A stretch of 58,479 nt of DNA. Origin: a virus. The notes below the pieces were generated by a model, which saw only the letters and a program-made list of their open reading frames with translations, was not told the DNA's origin and made no database searches. Shown piece by piece: positions 36,927-44,786 of this stretch. Position numbers and translations under genes: made by a program. The stretch is taken from the IMG/VR virus record IMGVR_UViG_3300005829_000002, positions 1 through 58,479 of that record; one strand, 5' to 3'. Each line of letters opens with the position of its first letter. Within the stretch, counting starts at the first letter, position 1.

Positions 36927-39197
36927 ATGCAAACAATCTCTAACGGCCTTTGGTCATCCCTATCCACCTGGGGTGGCAAACTCCCAACGGCGACAGATAA
37001 AGTGCAGATCATGCACGACATTAATTTGGATATCGATGCAAAGGTAGCCGGTGTTATGATCATGGATGGCTGCGAACTGTGCATTGATGCGGCCAACAAT
37101 ATCACCCTGGAAAGTACGAGTAACATTGTTGTCATGGGCAGATTTTGCATGGAAGAAAAAATCCCGTTCATTTATACAGTTCGTTTTACCGACATCAATG
37201 AGAATAAATTCGTTGGTGGCGGGATGGATGTGCTGGATAGCGACATTGGATTGTGGGCTATGGGCAACGGGCAACTCGACCTTCAGGGAATTGTACAACC
37301 AACTTTTGAAAAGGGCGTCGTGAATCCCGACACCCTTTCCAGCTTTGCTTCATCGGCAATCCGCAATATCCGCATTGAAGGAACGGCTACCGGGAAATCT
37401 CACATATTCATTATGTCCTCAATGCCCCAAAATTTAAGGTATGTACAGTTTCGGTACATGGGCCCTCGCAAAGACCTGAACGGTGATGGAGCGAAAGAAC
37501 TGGTAACCGGCCGGTATGCCCTACACTTTCACCATTGCGATGATGGAAGCCGGGGATCGATCGTAGAAGGATGTATTGCCCGGGACTGCGACAATCATTG
37601 CTTCGTACCTCATACCAGCCATGGTATTACAATGCGGAGCAATATCGCCTATAATGTAACGGAAACGCCGTTTTGGTATGACTATGGACAGCGCACCAAT
37701 GATATTCACTGGGAAAACAACCTGGTGGCCCTGATTAAATATGTCGAACGTGCCCAGGATCAGGATAGCGATATGGCGCCCACCTTCGGAGCTGGCGGGT
37801 TCGTGCTGGGCTTCGGGGATAGTAATATCTGCCGGGGGAATGTGGTGATTGGAACGAGCGGGGATTTTCGAATTGCCGCCGCATACTTCTGGCCTGAGAT
37901 ACGTAACGATGCAAACAATACGCTACAACTGGAAAGCCAATGGCAATTTGAAAACAACACGGCTATCAATTGTCCGGCCTGTGAAGGCTCTTGGCAGAAT
38001 AATAATTTCCACCATGTGAACCTTAATACGACCGCCATAAATTGTGAAGTACCTGTTTACCATGGCGCATATACGAACGACTACAATCGTAAAGGCGGCT
38101 ATTATAAAGGCGGCTACGTGAACATAAAAGCAGCATCCGCAACTACAAACCGCATACGATTCGAGGGCGTGACGTTTGATGCGGACGGCGGTGATTATTG
38201 CGTGGTTATTAACGAAGGCCCAGCGACCGGCGCGGCACCAATCCTATTCCTTAATTGTAAATTCATCAACTTTACTAAAAAGGCGATATTAAACCAGAAC
38301 CCCGGCGAGGGCATTAAAACGGTTGATGTAGTTGATTGCGGAATTGATTATACGAAAGTGCAGGTAAGCAGTACAGCAAAGACCGGTGAGTGGATTCGTG
38401 TGCAGTTGGGAGATAAGGCCTGGAAGGTAACAAAGTCGGGCAGTAATGCCATTGCTAAATTCGCCCCTTCCTTATGGGGCACCGGAACCGGCCTTAAAGC
38501 CGAATACTTCACGCCCGATTTCAAGACATTATTACTGTCGCGGATCGAACCAAACGTGAACCTGTTTGATCTCACGCATCCCAGCCCGCATTATAAAGTG
38601 CCAGCTACATTTGCGGCCAGGTGGACCGGTAAGATACAGCCGCAGTACAGTACAACATATAAATTCATTTGTAAGGCAGGCGGCGGAGTACGGCTGTGGG
38701 TGAACGGCGCATTACTTATTGACGCTTGGGCAGAGCGCTATCCGAGTGATATAACAAGCAAAGGCATTCTGCTCGATGCCGATAAGCTCTATGATATAAA
38801 ATTGGAGTTCTTTAACAACGACGATCGTTCTGGCTGCACGCTGGAATGGACGGGAAACTTCTTAACACGCGAATTCATTCCGATGAGCCAACTGTACCCG
38901 GGTGATGTTACGCCACCACCGCCCGTTAATCAGCCGCCGACAGCCGATGCGGGGCCTGATCAGACTATAATTGTAGAGACGTCAACCACGCTGAACGGCA
39001 CCGGCATGGATCCGGAAGGCAAAGCAGTTGCGTTCAAGTGGGAGCAGATAAGTGGAATAGCAGCGGTTATTATCAATCCAACACTTGCGGTTACGAGGGT
39101 GAGCGGATTGAGGGTAGGCGAATATATCTTCCGGTTAACCGTGATCGATGATAAGGGAGCGAGCTCGATGGATGATATGAAGGTTACGGTAACCTGA
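36927..39197 (+). CDS. beta-helix / PA14 / PKD-like domain protein (candidate polysaccharide depolymerase or adhesin)
   Basis: N-terminal G8-like WSSLSTWGGKLP. PA14 (GLKAEYFTPDF ... LEWTG, about 38490-38870). PPPPVNQPP linker, then an Ig/PKD-like TADAGPDQTI... (about 38930-39194). Confidence 0.65.
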   Translation: MQTISNGLWSSLSTWGGKLPTATDKVQIMHDINLDIDAKVAGVMIMDGCELCIDAANNITLESTSNIVVMGRFCMEEKIPFIYTVRFTDINENKFVGGGMDVLDSDIGLWAMGNGQLDLQGIVQPTFEKGVVNPDTLSSFASSAIRNIRIEGTATGKSHIFIMSSMPQNLRYVQFRYMGPRKDLNGDGAKELVTGRYALHFHHCDDGSRGSIVEGCIARDCDNHCFVPHTSHGITMRSNIAYNVTETPFWYDYGQRTNDIHWENNLVALIKYVERAQDQDSDMAPTFGAGGFVLGFGDSNICRGNVVIGTSGDFRIAAAYFWPEIRNDANNTLQLESQWQFENNTAINCPACEGSWQNNNFHHVNLNTTAINCEVPVYHGAYTNDYNRKGGYYKGGYVNIKAASATTNRIRFEGVTFDADGGDYCVVINEGPATGAAPILFLNCKFINFTKKAILNQNPGEGIKTVDVVDCGIDYTKVQVSSTAKTGEWIRVQLGDKAWKVTKSGSNAIAKFAPSLWGTGTGLKAEYFTPDFKTLLLSRIEPNVNLFDLTHPSPHYKVPATFAARWTGKIQPQYSTTYKFICKAGGGVRLWVNGALLIDAWAERYPSDITSKGILLDADKLYDIKLEFFNNDDRSGCTLEWTGNFLTREFIPMSQLYPGDVTPPPPVNQPPTADAGPDQTIIVETSTTLNGTGMDPEGKAVAFKWEQISGIAAVIINPTLAVTRVSGLRVGEYIFRLTVIDDKGASSMDDMKVTVT

Positions 39198-39213
39198 AAG
39201 CATTATATATAGT

Positions 39214-39417
39214 ATGAGAAGAAACTTTTGCCAGGCATGTTCCTTTGCGCGTTACGGGGTTAAAACACGCATTCCAATTGAGCATACATGCGATGGAACC
39301 AATATTCCGGTAAGCCCCAAACATCCATATGTCCCAACTAGGGAAGAATTGGATAAATATCTTGCCCGGCTTAAGGAATTGATGGAGGAGGAGGAGGTTA
39401 AGGTGACGGTGGGGTAG
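39214..39417 (+). CDS. hypothetical protein
   Basis: 67-aa ORF. Converges on and overlaps the minus-strand ORF by 20 nt. Confidence 0.3.
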   Translation: MRRNFCQACSFARYGVKTRIPIEHTCDGTNIPVSPKHPYVPTREELDKYLARLKELMEEEEVKVTVG

Positions 39418-39586
39418 GTTCGATCTTAACAATTTCAAGTCCTTCGTGGTAAAACCAATGTTTTTTCAATCCATAAACAAGAACGGCAACTAATGGGCGA
39501 GCGTCGTCAATCCAACGACGCGTTACCTTGTATTCCTCATCGTTAAAAATAAACCGATCACCTTTCTTTAATTGTTCAATAGTCAT
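39398..39586 (-). CDS. hypothetical protein
   Basis: Internal ATG (MTIEQLKKGDRFIFNDEEYKV...), protein-like. Confidence 0.4.
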   Translation of the reverse strand: MTIEQLKKGDRFIFNDEEYKVTRRWIDDARPLVAVLVYGLKKHWFYHEGLEIVKIEPTPPSP

Positions 39587-39622
39587 AAACACTTTTTTAA
39601 ACCCAACTGGGTATGAGGGAGG

Positions 39623-39647
39623 CCCCGGCAAGTTGTCGGGGTTTTTT
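39623..39647 (+). terminator. intrinsic terminator at the end of the rightward late operon
   Basis: CCCCG gcaagttgt CGGGG followed by TTTTTT. Confidence 0.55.
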
Positions 39648-39687
39648 ATGCCTTTACGGGAACCCGTAAGATATTGCTATTCCATAT

Positions 39688-40074
39688 TTGTACCTTGCTC
39701 TCATGAAAGAAACTACATCAACCATCAATTGTTCCTGCGATCCTAAAAAGGTGCAGGAATTGAAAGACACATATGTCTTCGAACGTCAGAACGTTGTTCA
39801 ATTACCGGCATGGTCTAAGGCCAGAAAAATAAGATTACAGAACGGTCATCCCCCTGACGTAAGCATTGACGCCTGTATAGTCGAAGCAATCCTTACGCTT
39901 TGGGAAAAAGGAATAGAGACGACCGGTTGTTGTTGCGGGCACAAGCTTATGCGTGCATGGGTGAGCGTTGATCCTGGTGACTATATAGCAATGCACGAAC
40001 TTGGTTATGAACAAGCGCCAATAACTATCTCAGAAGAAGGTTATGCGATGAACGTATATACATTTTATTTATAA
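39688..40074 (+). CDS. hypothetical protein (GCCCGH motif)
   Basis: 128-aa ORF. Family not recognised. Confidence 0.5.
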   Translation: MYLALMKETTSTINCSCDPKKVQELKDTYVFERQNVVQLPAWSKARKIRLQNGHPPDVSIDACIVEAILTLWEKGIETTGCCCGHKLMRAWVSVDPGDYIAMHELGYEQAPITISEEGYAMNVYTFYL

Positions 40075-40108
40075 TTTTCCCAGCCTTACTTGAATTAGTG
40101 GTTAAGGC

Positions 40109-40139
40109 AGCCCCTGCGAAAGTGGGGGCTTTATTGTTT
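40109..40139. terminator. terminator between convergent genes
   Basis: AGCCCC tgcgaaagtg GGGGCT followed by TTATTGTTT. Confidence 0.55.
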
Positions 40140-40452
40140 AAAATGGTAGTTCGGGTTGCAATTGTTGCTGCCGGTATTCCTCCCATGTTTCATACTCACG
40201 TTTACAGACCCTTTTTAATTCCAGGTAATTGCTTAATGTTTTATGTTTGATAACCCCTATTGAGCTATCATAACAAAATGAATTGAAATCATAATCAGCA
40301 TGATGTAACGAATTGTAGTTAGCAAGTTCTTTTTTTACTTTGCCCCACCATTTATCATACCTGTTCTGTACCTGGCAGGGCAAGCAAATGCCGTTCACGA
40401 AATCATCGTGAAATAGTTTATCGAAATCATAGCGGCATTGCTTGCACAACAT
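40138..40452 (-). CDS. hypothetical Cys-rich protein
   Basis: MLCKQCRYDF...GICLPCQ. Confidence 0.5.
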   Translation of the reverse strand: MLCKQCRYDFDKLFHDDFVNGICLPCQVQNRYDKWWGKVKKELANYNSLHHADYDFNSFCYDSSIGVIKHKTLSNYLELKRVCKREYETWEEYRQQQLQPELPF

Positions 40453-40457
40453 ATTTT

Positions 40458-40489
40458 CTAGCCGTTACCGTCGCGGGGTGCGGTTTTAG
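40458..40489 (-). repeat. intercistronic repeat R1
   Basis: Plus-strand CTAGCCGTTACCGTCGCGGGGTGCGGTTTTAG. Here it overlaps the last codons of the upstream gene. Confidence 0.7.
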
Positions 40490-40874
40490 TGTTAAATAAT
40501 TCTATCTCATCATCATCCGCAATGCCATAAGTAAAATCTCCTTCACCAAAGGGCTCGCAATGGCATGAGGTTCCACCACAACCGGTATTCGGGCAATTGT
40601 GCCGATCTTTCTTTTTTACTTTTTTATTATACTCAATACCGTATCTGTAGCACTTTTCCCAGTCGGTGTTTTCTACACAAAAAGGCATTAGCTCGTGTTC
40701 GACATATACAGTAAATTCGCGGGATACATCGGCCCAGCTTTCGGCTTCTATTATTTCTGAAACTTCTTTTGAGCATGCAAAAAACACCTCACATCCGTTA
40801 TTGCGCGAATAGAACCACCGGACAACTTCAGCATTGCCCTGAAAGGCCTTTGGGTAAAAACATTGCTTACTCAT
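40458..40874 (-). CDS. hypothetical protein
   Basis: 138-aa ORF. Confidence 0.5.
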   Translation of the reverse strand: MSKQCFYPKAFQGNAEVVRWFYSRNNGCEVFFACSKEVSEIIEAESWADVSREFTVYVEHELMPFCVENTDWEKCYRYGIEYNKKVKKKDRHNCPNTGCGGTSCHCEPFGEGDFTYGIADDDEIELFNTKTAPRDGNG

Positions 40875-40906
40875 CTTTCCCCGTTCCGTCGCGGGATGCG
40901 GTTTAG
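40875..40906 (-). repeat. intercistronic repeat R2
   Basis: CTTTCCCCGTTCCGTCGCGGGATGCGGTTTAG. Abuts the start codon at 40874. Confidence 0.7.
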
Positions 40907-41097
40907 TTGTTAATCGATATTGTTATAATGGCCTCTGCTGCCAGCCTGCGAATTAATTGTTTTGAAAGTAGATCAGGGCAATAAAACATTGACCATAATT
41001 TCATAAGATACGTCTTGCCATAACGCAGGCCATATATTGCTATTACAGTATGCGAATCTCCTTTACCCCAATCAATTCCGTAAATAGGATCGTTCAT
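40903..41097 (-). CDS. hypothetical protein
   Basis: 64-aa ORF. Confidence 0.4.
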   Translation of the reverse strand: MNDPIYGIDWGKGDSHTVIAIYGLRYGKTYLMKLWSMFYCPDLLSKQLIRRLAAEAIITISINN

Positions 41098-41132
41098 CTT
41101 TCAGCCGGTCACCGTACCCGGATCGGTTTTAG
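41098..41132 (-). repeat. intercistronic repeat R3
   Basis: CTTTCAGCCGGTCACCGTACCCGGATCGGTTTTAG. Abuts the start codon at 41097. Confidence 0.65.
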
Positions 41133-41401
41133 TCACATATTTTATCAAAGTATCCTTTGTATAACTTATTAATAAGGTGCTTAAAATGCTCCTTACTAAC
41201 TTCACCTTTATCAGCACCTACACCTGGCCAGTGTCGCAAAACCATGTTTCTTGTTATATAATAGTCAATTGTGACACCCGGATTTTTATTTGATCCGATT
41301 GCCTCTATCTTATACATCTTTGAAGGTGTAACAAATGCCAATAGCCTATTGCCTGTATTATAATATCTAGGGTATTCTTTTAATTCTAAAGGCGCTTTCA
41401 T
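41129..41401 (-). CDS. hypothetical protein
   Basis: 90-aa ORF. Confidence 0.45.
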   Translation of the reverse strand: MKAPLELKEYPRYYNTGNRLLAFVTPSKMYKIEAIGSNKNPGVTIDYYITRNMVLRHWPGVGADKGEVSKEHFKHLINKLYKGYFDKICD

Positions 41402-41434
41402 AATCCCCGGCTATCGTTACCGGTCCCGTTTTAA
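41402..41434 (-). repeat. intercistronic repeat R4 (divergent copy)
   Basis: AATCCCCGGCTATCGTTACCGGTCCCGTTTTAAT. Abuts the start codon at 41401. Confidence 0.5.
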
Positions 41435-41659
41435 TTATTTATAAACTATCCCCGTCCCATCATAAAACTGGCACACCATCCGGCCGGTGCTGTCCATAAC
41501 CGATACCAGACCCGTTGCTCGTTCTTTCACAACAGACCGGCATCGTTGGGGTGCGCTCAGCCTGATAATTTCGCGCTGTAGCCGTCTGCGCTCCCTGATG
41601 GATGTGTTGATGTAGAGGAGGCAGAGTGCGATGATAAGGATGGAGAATATGAGTTTCAT
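41435..41659 (-). CDS. small membrane/secreted protein
   Basis: N-terminal MKLIFSILIIALCLLYI. Confidence 0.4.
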   Translation of the reverse strand: MKLIFSILIIALCLLYINTSIRERRRLQREIIRLSAPQRCRSVVKERATGLVSVMDSTGRMVCQFYDGTGIVYK

Positions 41660-41693
41660 TGTGGTGGTTTTGTGTCCGAAGGTGGTGAGTTAA

Positions 41694-41879
41694 TTAGGCG
41701 GCGATTGAGGTTAAATATTCCAATCGGGATTTAAGGTGCGAAATCTGTAACTCGTGGTCTTTAATAACTGCTTGATATTCTTTTTTTACCCAGTTCTCGC
41801 AGGTTGAATTTATTTGAGCAATGCAATACCGTATACCTGCTTCTAAGTTATTTATTTGTTGAGTAATTTGGTATTTCAT
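41694..41879 (-). CDS. hypothetical protein
   Basis: 61-aa helical ORF. Confidence 0.4.
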   Translation of the reverse strand: MKYQITQQINNLEAGIRYCIAQINSTCENWVKKEYQAVIKDHELQISHLKSRLEYLTSIAA

Positions 41880-41932
41880 CTTCTTTCTTTTTACCCGCCG
41901 GCTTCATTGCCTTTGGTAGAGTGAAGGTACAA

Positions 41933-41950
41933 GGTTGTTTTGAAACAACC
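41933..41950. promoter_or_regulatory. perfect 8-2-8 palindrome GGTTGTTT-TG-AAACAACC (operator candidate)
   Basis: Read directly from the sequence. A near-copy lies at 43236..43253. Confidence 0.5.
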
Positions 41951-41953
41951 AAA

Positions 41954-42142
41954 TTATTTTGATAGTTTATTTTTGTCAACGATCAATATTCTATAACGAC
42001 CTGATTTCGAATGAGAAACAACACCCGGTAATTTATGATCGTTCTCGATTGCCTTGTTTACTGCCTGGATTGTAATGCCGCGCAGGTCTGCGTATTCGCG
42101 TGTACTCATTGCTGTTGTTTCAGTTTTCTTTTGCTTCTTCAT
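41954..42142 (-). CDS. helix-turn-helix protein (excisionase-like candidate)
   Basis: MKKQKKTETTAMSTREYADLRGITIQAVNKAIENDHKLPG... from an internal ATG. Confidence 0.45.
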   Translation of the reverse strand: MKKQKKTETTAMSTREYADLRGITIQAVNKAIENDHKLPGVVSHSKSGRYRILIVDKNKLSK

Positions 42143-42446
42143 TTGTATCAATGTTTTTATCTTCAAATTCCATGTATGCCCTGTACCAGCGCCAGGCGCG
42201 GTCGAGCATAGTTTCCCAAACTTCATTTTGTTTTGCTAAGATTTCCTGAGTGAATAAATGATGTATTGAAAGTGTCCACTCCTCAATAACACCATCCCCA
42301 TTACGGTATTGATAGTGCCGGTAAAGAGCGCCTACCCGTTCATGACCCTCGATGCAGCGAATGATAGCCATCGGTTCCAGGAGGTGAATAACCCACAATC
42401 CCGAATCTTCGCGCATTGGGTTTTCTGCTAAGAGAAATTTATCCAT
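42120..42446 (-). CDS. hypothetical protein
   Basis: 108-aa ORF. Confidence 0.5.
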   Translation of the reverse strand: MDKFLLAENPMREDSGLWVIHLLEPMAIIRCIEGHERVGALYRHYQYRNGDGVIEEWTLSIHHLFTQEILAKQNEVWETMLDRAWRWYRAYMEFEDKNIDTNEEAKEN

Positions 42447-42660
42447 AATTATTTATTCAACATTTGAACCTAAATAAAATCTGCATTTATAAATTGGCAA
42501 ATTTAAATTCAGCGTCGGTTTTCTTCCAGTTTTGCCAGCCCACCATGTAATACTGAATTGGTGAGTTATAAGAATATGGATTCGCCCAAATAATAAAAGT
42601 GGCTTAAATCTTTCTTTCCAGCCGGAGATTGTATACATAATATTTTATTTATAAAGGATG

Positions 42661-42681
42661 TAAAAAGAGGGCCCAAGGCCC
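42661..42681 (-). terminator. short terminator after the 161-aa gene
   Basis: Minus strand: GGGCC ttg GGCCC followed by TCTTTTT, 6 nt after the stop. Confidence 0.45.
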
Positions 42682-42686
42682 GGTGA

Positions 42687-43172
42687 TTATAATTTTTCTA
42701 ATGCATATTCGATTATATTCTCATCGACATATCCACTATAATTGGCAATCAGTTCCAATTCTTCTTTATTGCAATCCGAGAGATAACGGGTATACGTAGT
42801 ATCGTATTTTCCATCGATGTTTATCCGACCAACTCCGGTTAATTCTTCTTCGTAGGTTAAGCCTACTTTGTTACCTCCGCAATCAGCATAGCACAATTCA
42901 CCAAGATCGAGTCCAATTTTAGAAAAGAAAGCAACCTTGTCGTCATCGCCTTCCAATGCCAACTCGAGCGCCTTTTGTAGATTAGGGCGGCCATCAATTT
43001 TTTTGCCTACTTCATAAGCTTTTTCTCTGGTCAGAAAAAGGTCGCCAGTATATTTGCTTATTCTTTCTTCACCCAAAAAAGAAAGGTAACCGGCATTGTG
43101 AAAGTGACCGCCACGGCCAATGTGAAATGCTACAATTGTTGTTTCTGCGAAGGTGTTATTTGTAGTTGTCAT
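42687..43172 (-). CDS. hypothetical protein (stand-alone unit next to the attP-like region)
   Basis: 161-aa ORF with an operator-like palindrome upstream and a hairpin plus T-run downstream. Confidence 0.55.
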   Translation of the reverse strand: MTTTNNTFAETTIVAFHIGRGGHFHNAGYLSFLGEERISKYTGDLFLTREKAYEVGKKIDGRPNLQKALELALEGDDDKVAFFSKIGLDLGELCYADCGGNKVGLTYEEELTGVGRINIDGKYDTTYTRYLSDCNKEELELIANYSGYVDENIIEYALEKL

Positions 43173-43235
43173 TTTCTGATCGCCATTTTTCAGGTTGCGG
43201 TTCCTGTTTTTGTTATTGATGAATCAAAGATATGT

Positions 43236-43253
43236 GGTTTATTTGAAACAACC
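43236..43253. promoter_or_regulatory. imperfect copy of the palindrome: GGTTTATT-TG-AAACAACC
   Basis: 18/20 identity with GGTTGTTTTGAAACAACCAA at 41933. Lies 64-81 nt upstream of the 43172 start. Confidence 0.45.
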
Positions 43254-43343
43254 AAGTTTTTATCAAGTTTACTTATGTTCTTGACCTCAATCAACTCAAC
43301 TACCGCCAACCAGGTTAGCCGCCTTAATATGGGATAATTGCCG

Positions 43344-43361
43344 TATTGTATTAGTAATATA
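43344..43361 (+). repeat. direct repeat TATTGTATTAGTAATATA (arm-site candidate)
   Basis: 17/18 identical to 43572..43589. Confidence 0.6.
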
Positions 43362-43456
43362 GTAGCAGAAAAATAAATAATATCATAAGTAATTGATATT
43401 CATAATGGTGCCAATAGTTTTTCGGCTCTGGTCGGGACCTCGAAGGTAGTTTTATG

Positions 43457-43480
43457 AAACCCGCTGTCATGGCGGGTTTT
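43457..43480 (+). other. orphan terminator-like hairpin inside the attP-like region
   Basis: AAACCCGC tgtcatg GCGGGTTT followed by TCGCTTT. No + strand gene lies upstream. Confidence 0.5.
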
Positions 43481-43562
43481 CGCTTTAATGTAGGTCTGGC
43501 GCGCCTTCCGCAAGAACCAACCGGAACCGACCGGCACCAACGGGCGCATTTAAATGGTCTTT

Positions 43563-43589
43563 TTGTAGTAGTATTGTAGTAGTAATATA
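43563..43589 (+). repeat. tandem TTGTAGTAGTA x2 overlapping the second arm-site candidate TATTGTAGTAGTAATATA
   Basis: Read directly from the sequence. Ends 9 nt before the integrase ATG. Confidence 0.6.
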
Positions 43590-43597
43590 ACTGCTGT

Positions 43598-44737
43598 ATG
43601 AAGTACTCGGTCAAACTTATTCTTTATACCCATCAGGCGAACGCCAAAGGGCAATATCCGATTTATATTCGAATTACAATAGATCGTAAGCAATCCTACA
43701 TATCGACCGGCCACTTCATTGATAAGCGATTCTGGGATGAAAGGTCTGAACAGGTTAAGACCGGGCACCTCATGGCCGATATAATCAATCCGGACATTAC
43801 TTCCCGCAAGCAATCTATTATAAAGGTCATAGTTGATCACCAGGTCAAGGGCCTGCGGATCACCCCGTCGGCACTAAAGGCAATGGTTTCCACCGGTGGG
43901 GATTTGCACAATCTGTTCGAATTCGTAGAAGCATTTTCGAAAGAAGTACAGCACAAAAGGGAGCCGGGCACCCTGGAGAATTACCGCAAACATATGCTGG
44001 TGCTGGAGCTTTTCCACGGATCTCGGTCCCTGACCTTCGAGGAAATAACGCATACCTACCTGGTGAAGTTCGAGGATCATCTCCGTAATAAGGTCGAGGG
44101 TGGCCGCGATGCCCTGGGCGGTAATTATATACATGCTATATGGAAGACCCTGAAGACCTTTTTTAACGCAGCAAAAAAGCGGGGCATAATTACTTGTTAC
44201 CCTTTTGAAACCTACGAGAATCCGACGTATACGGCTCCACGAAAGGATTACCTGACGTTAAAAGAATTGGATGAACTTGAAAAGAAAATTAAAACCGCCA
44301 ATGATCTGAATAAACAAACTATAATATACTTTCTGCTGGGTTGCTATAGCGGTCTGCGCTTATCCGACTGGTTTCAATTCGAGATTAATAAACATGTGCG
44401 AGATGGCCGGTTGTTTCTTCGAGCGAAAAAGAACGGCGAATGGGTGACCATGCCGGTGGTCGGGCGGCTGGCTGCACACCTGGAACAGGTAAAGGATTGC
44501 AAGCTCACCAGGGTAGAGCAGGAGCTTAACAGAGCGCTAAAGATATTAGTACCTGGTAAACGAATTACCACACATTGCGCCCGGCATAGCTTCGCAATTA
44601 CCATGTGCGCAGAGCAGGGCATCAGCGCTGAGACATGCAGCGAATTATTGGGAATAACGTTGAAAACATGCGTGGAAAATTATTATAAAGTCACAAACCG
44701 CAAGATTGATAAAGAATGTTTGGGAGCGTGGGAATAA
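43598..44737 (+). CDS. int: tyrosine recombinase / integrase
   Basis: N-terminal arm-binding-like KYSVKLILYTHQANAKGQYPIYIRITIDRK. C-terminal HCARHSFAIT (H-x-x-R) and a VENYYKV Tyr region. Confidence 0.85.
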   Translation: MKYSVKLILYTHQANAKGQYPIYIRITIDRKQSYISTGHFIDKRFWDERSEQVKTGHLMADIINPDITSRKQSIIKVIVDHQVKGLRITPSALKAMVSTGGDLHNLFEFVEAFSKEVQHKREPGTLENYRKHMLVLELFHGSRSLTFEEITHTYLVKFEDHLRNKVEGGRDALGGNYIHAIWKTLKTFFNAAKKRGIITCYPFETYENPTYTAPRKDYLTLKELDELEKKIKTANDLNKQTIIYFLLGCYSGLRLSDWFQFEINKHVRDGRLFLRAKKNGEWVTMPVVGRLAAHLEQVKDCKLTRVEQELNRALKILVPGKRITTHCARHSFAITMCAEQGISAETCSELLGITLKTCVENYYKVTNRKIDKECLGAWE

Positions 44738-44773
44738 AAAAAGCCGGCTACCCATTAACGAGTAAGCCGGGCT
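44736..44773 (-). terminator. terminator of the 344-aa gene, overlapping the int stop
   Basis: Minus strand: AGCCCGGCT ... AGCCGGCT followed by TTTTTTT. Confidence 0.55.
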
Positions 44774-44786
44774 ATGGTAGAACTTA

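Noticed and set aside
42453-42638. 61-aa minus-strand ORF in the 240-nt gap after the 161-aa gene.
   Set aside because: The region is AT-rich, the product has odd composition, and there is no coupling to neighbours. It is more likely a promoter or leader region, but it is not excluded.
43351-43840. Minus-strand ORFs 43351..43614 and 43550..43840.
   Set aside because: They lie across the repeat-rich attP-like region and the 5' end of the integrase gene, and their sequences are implausible.
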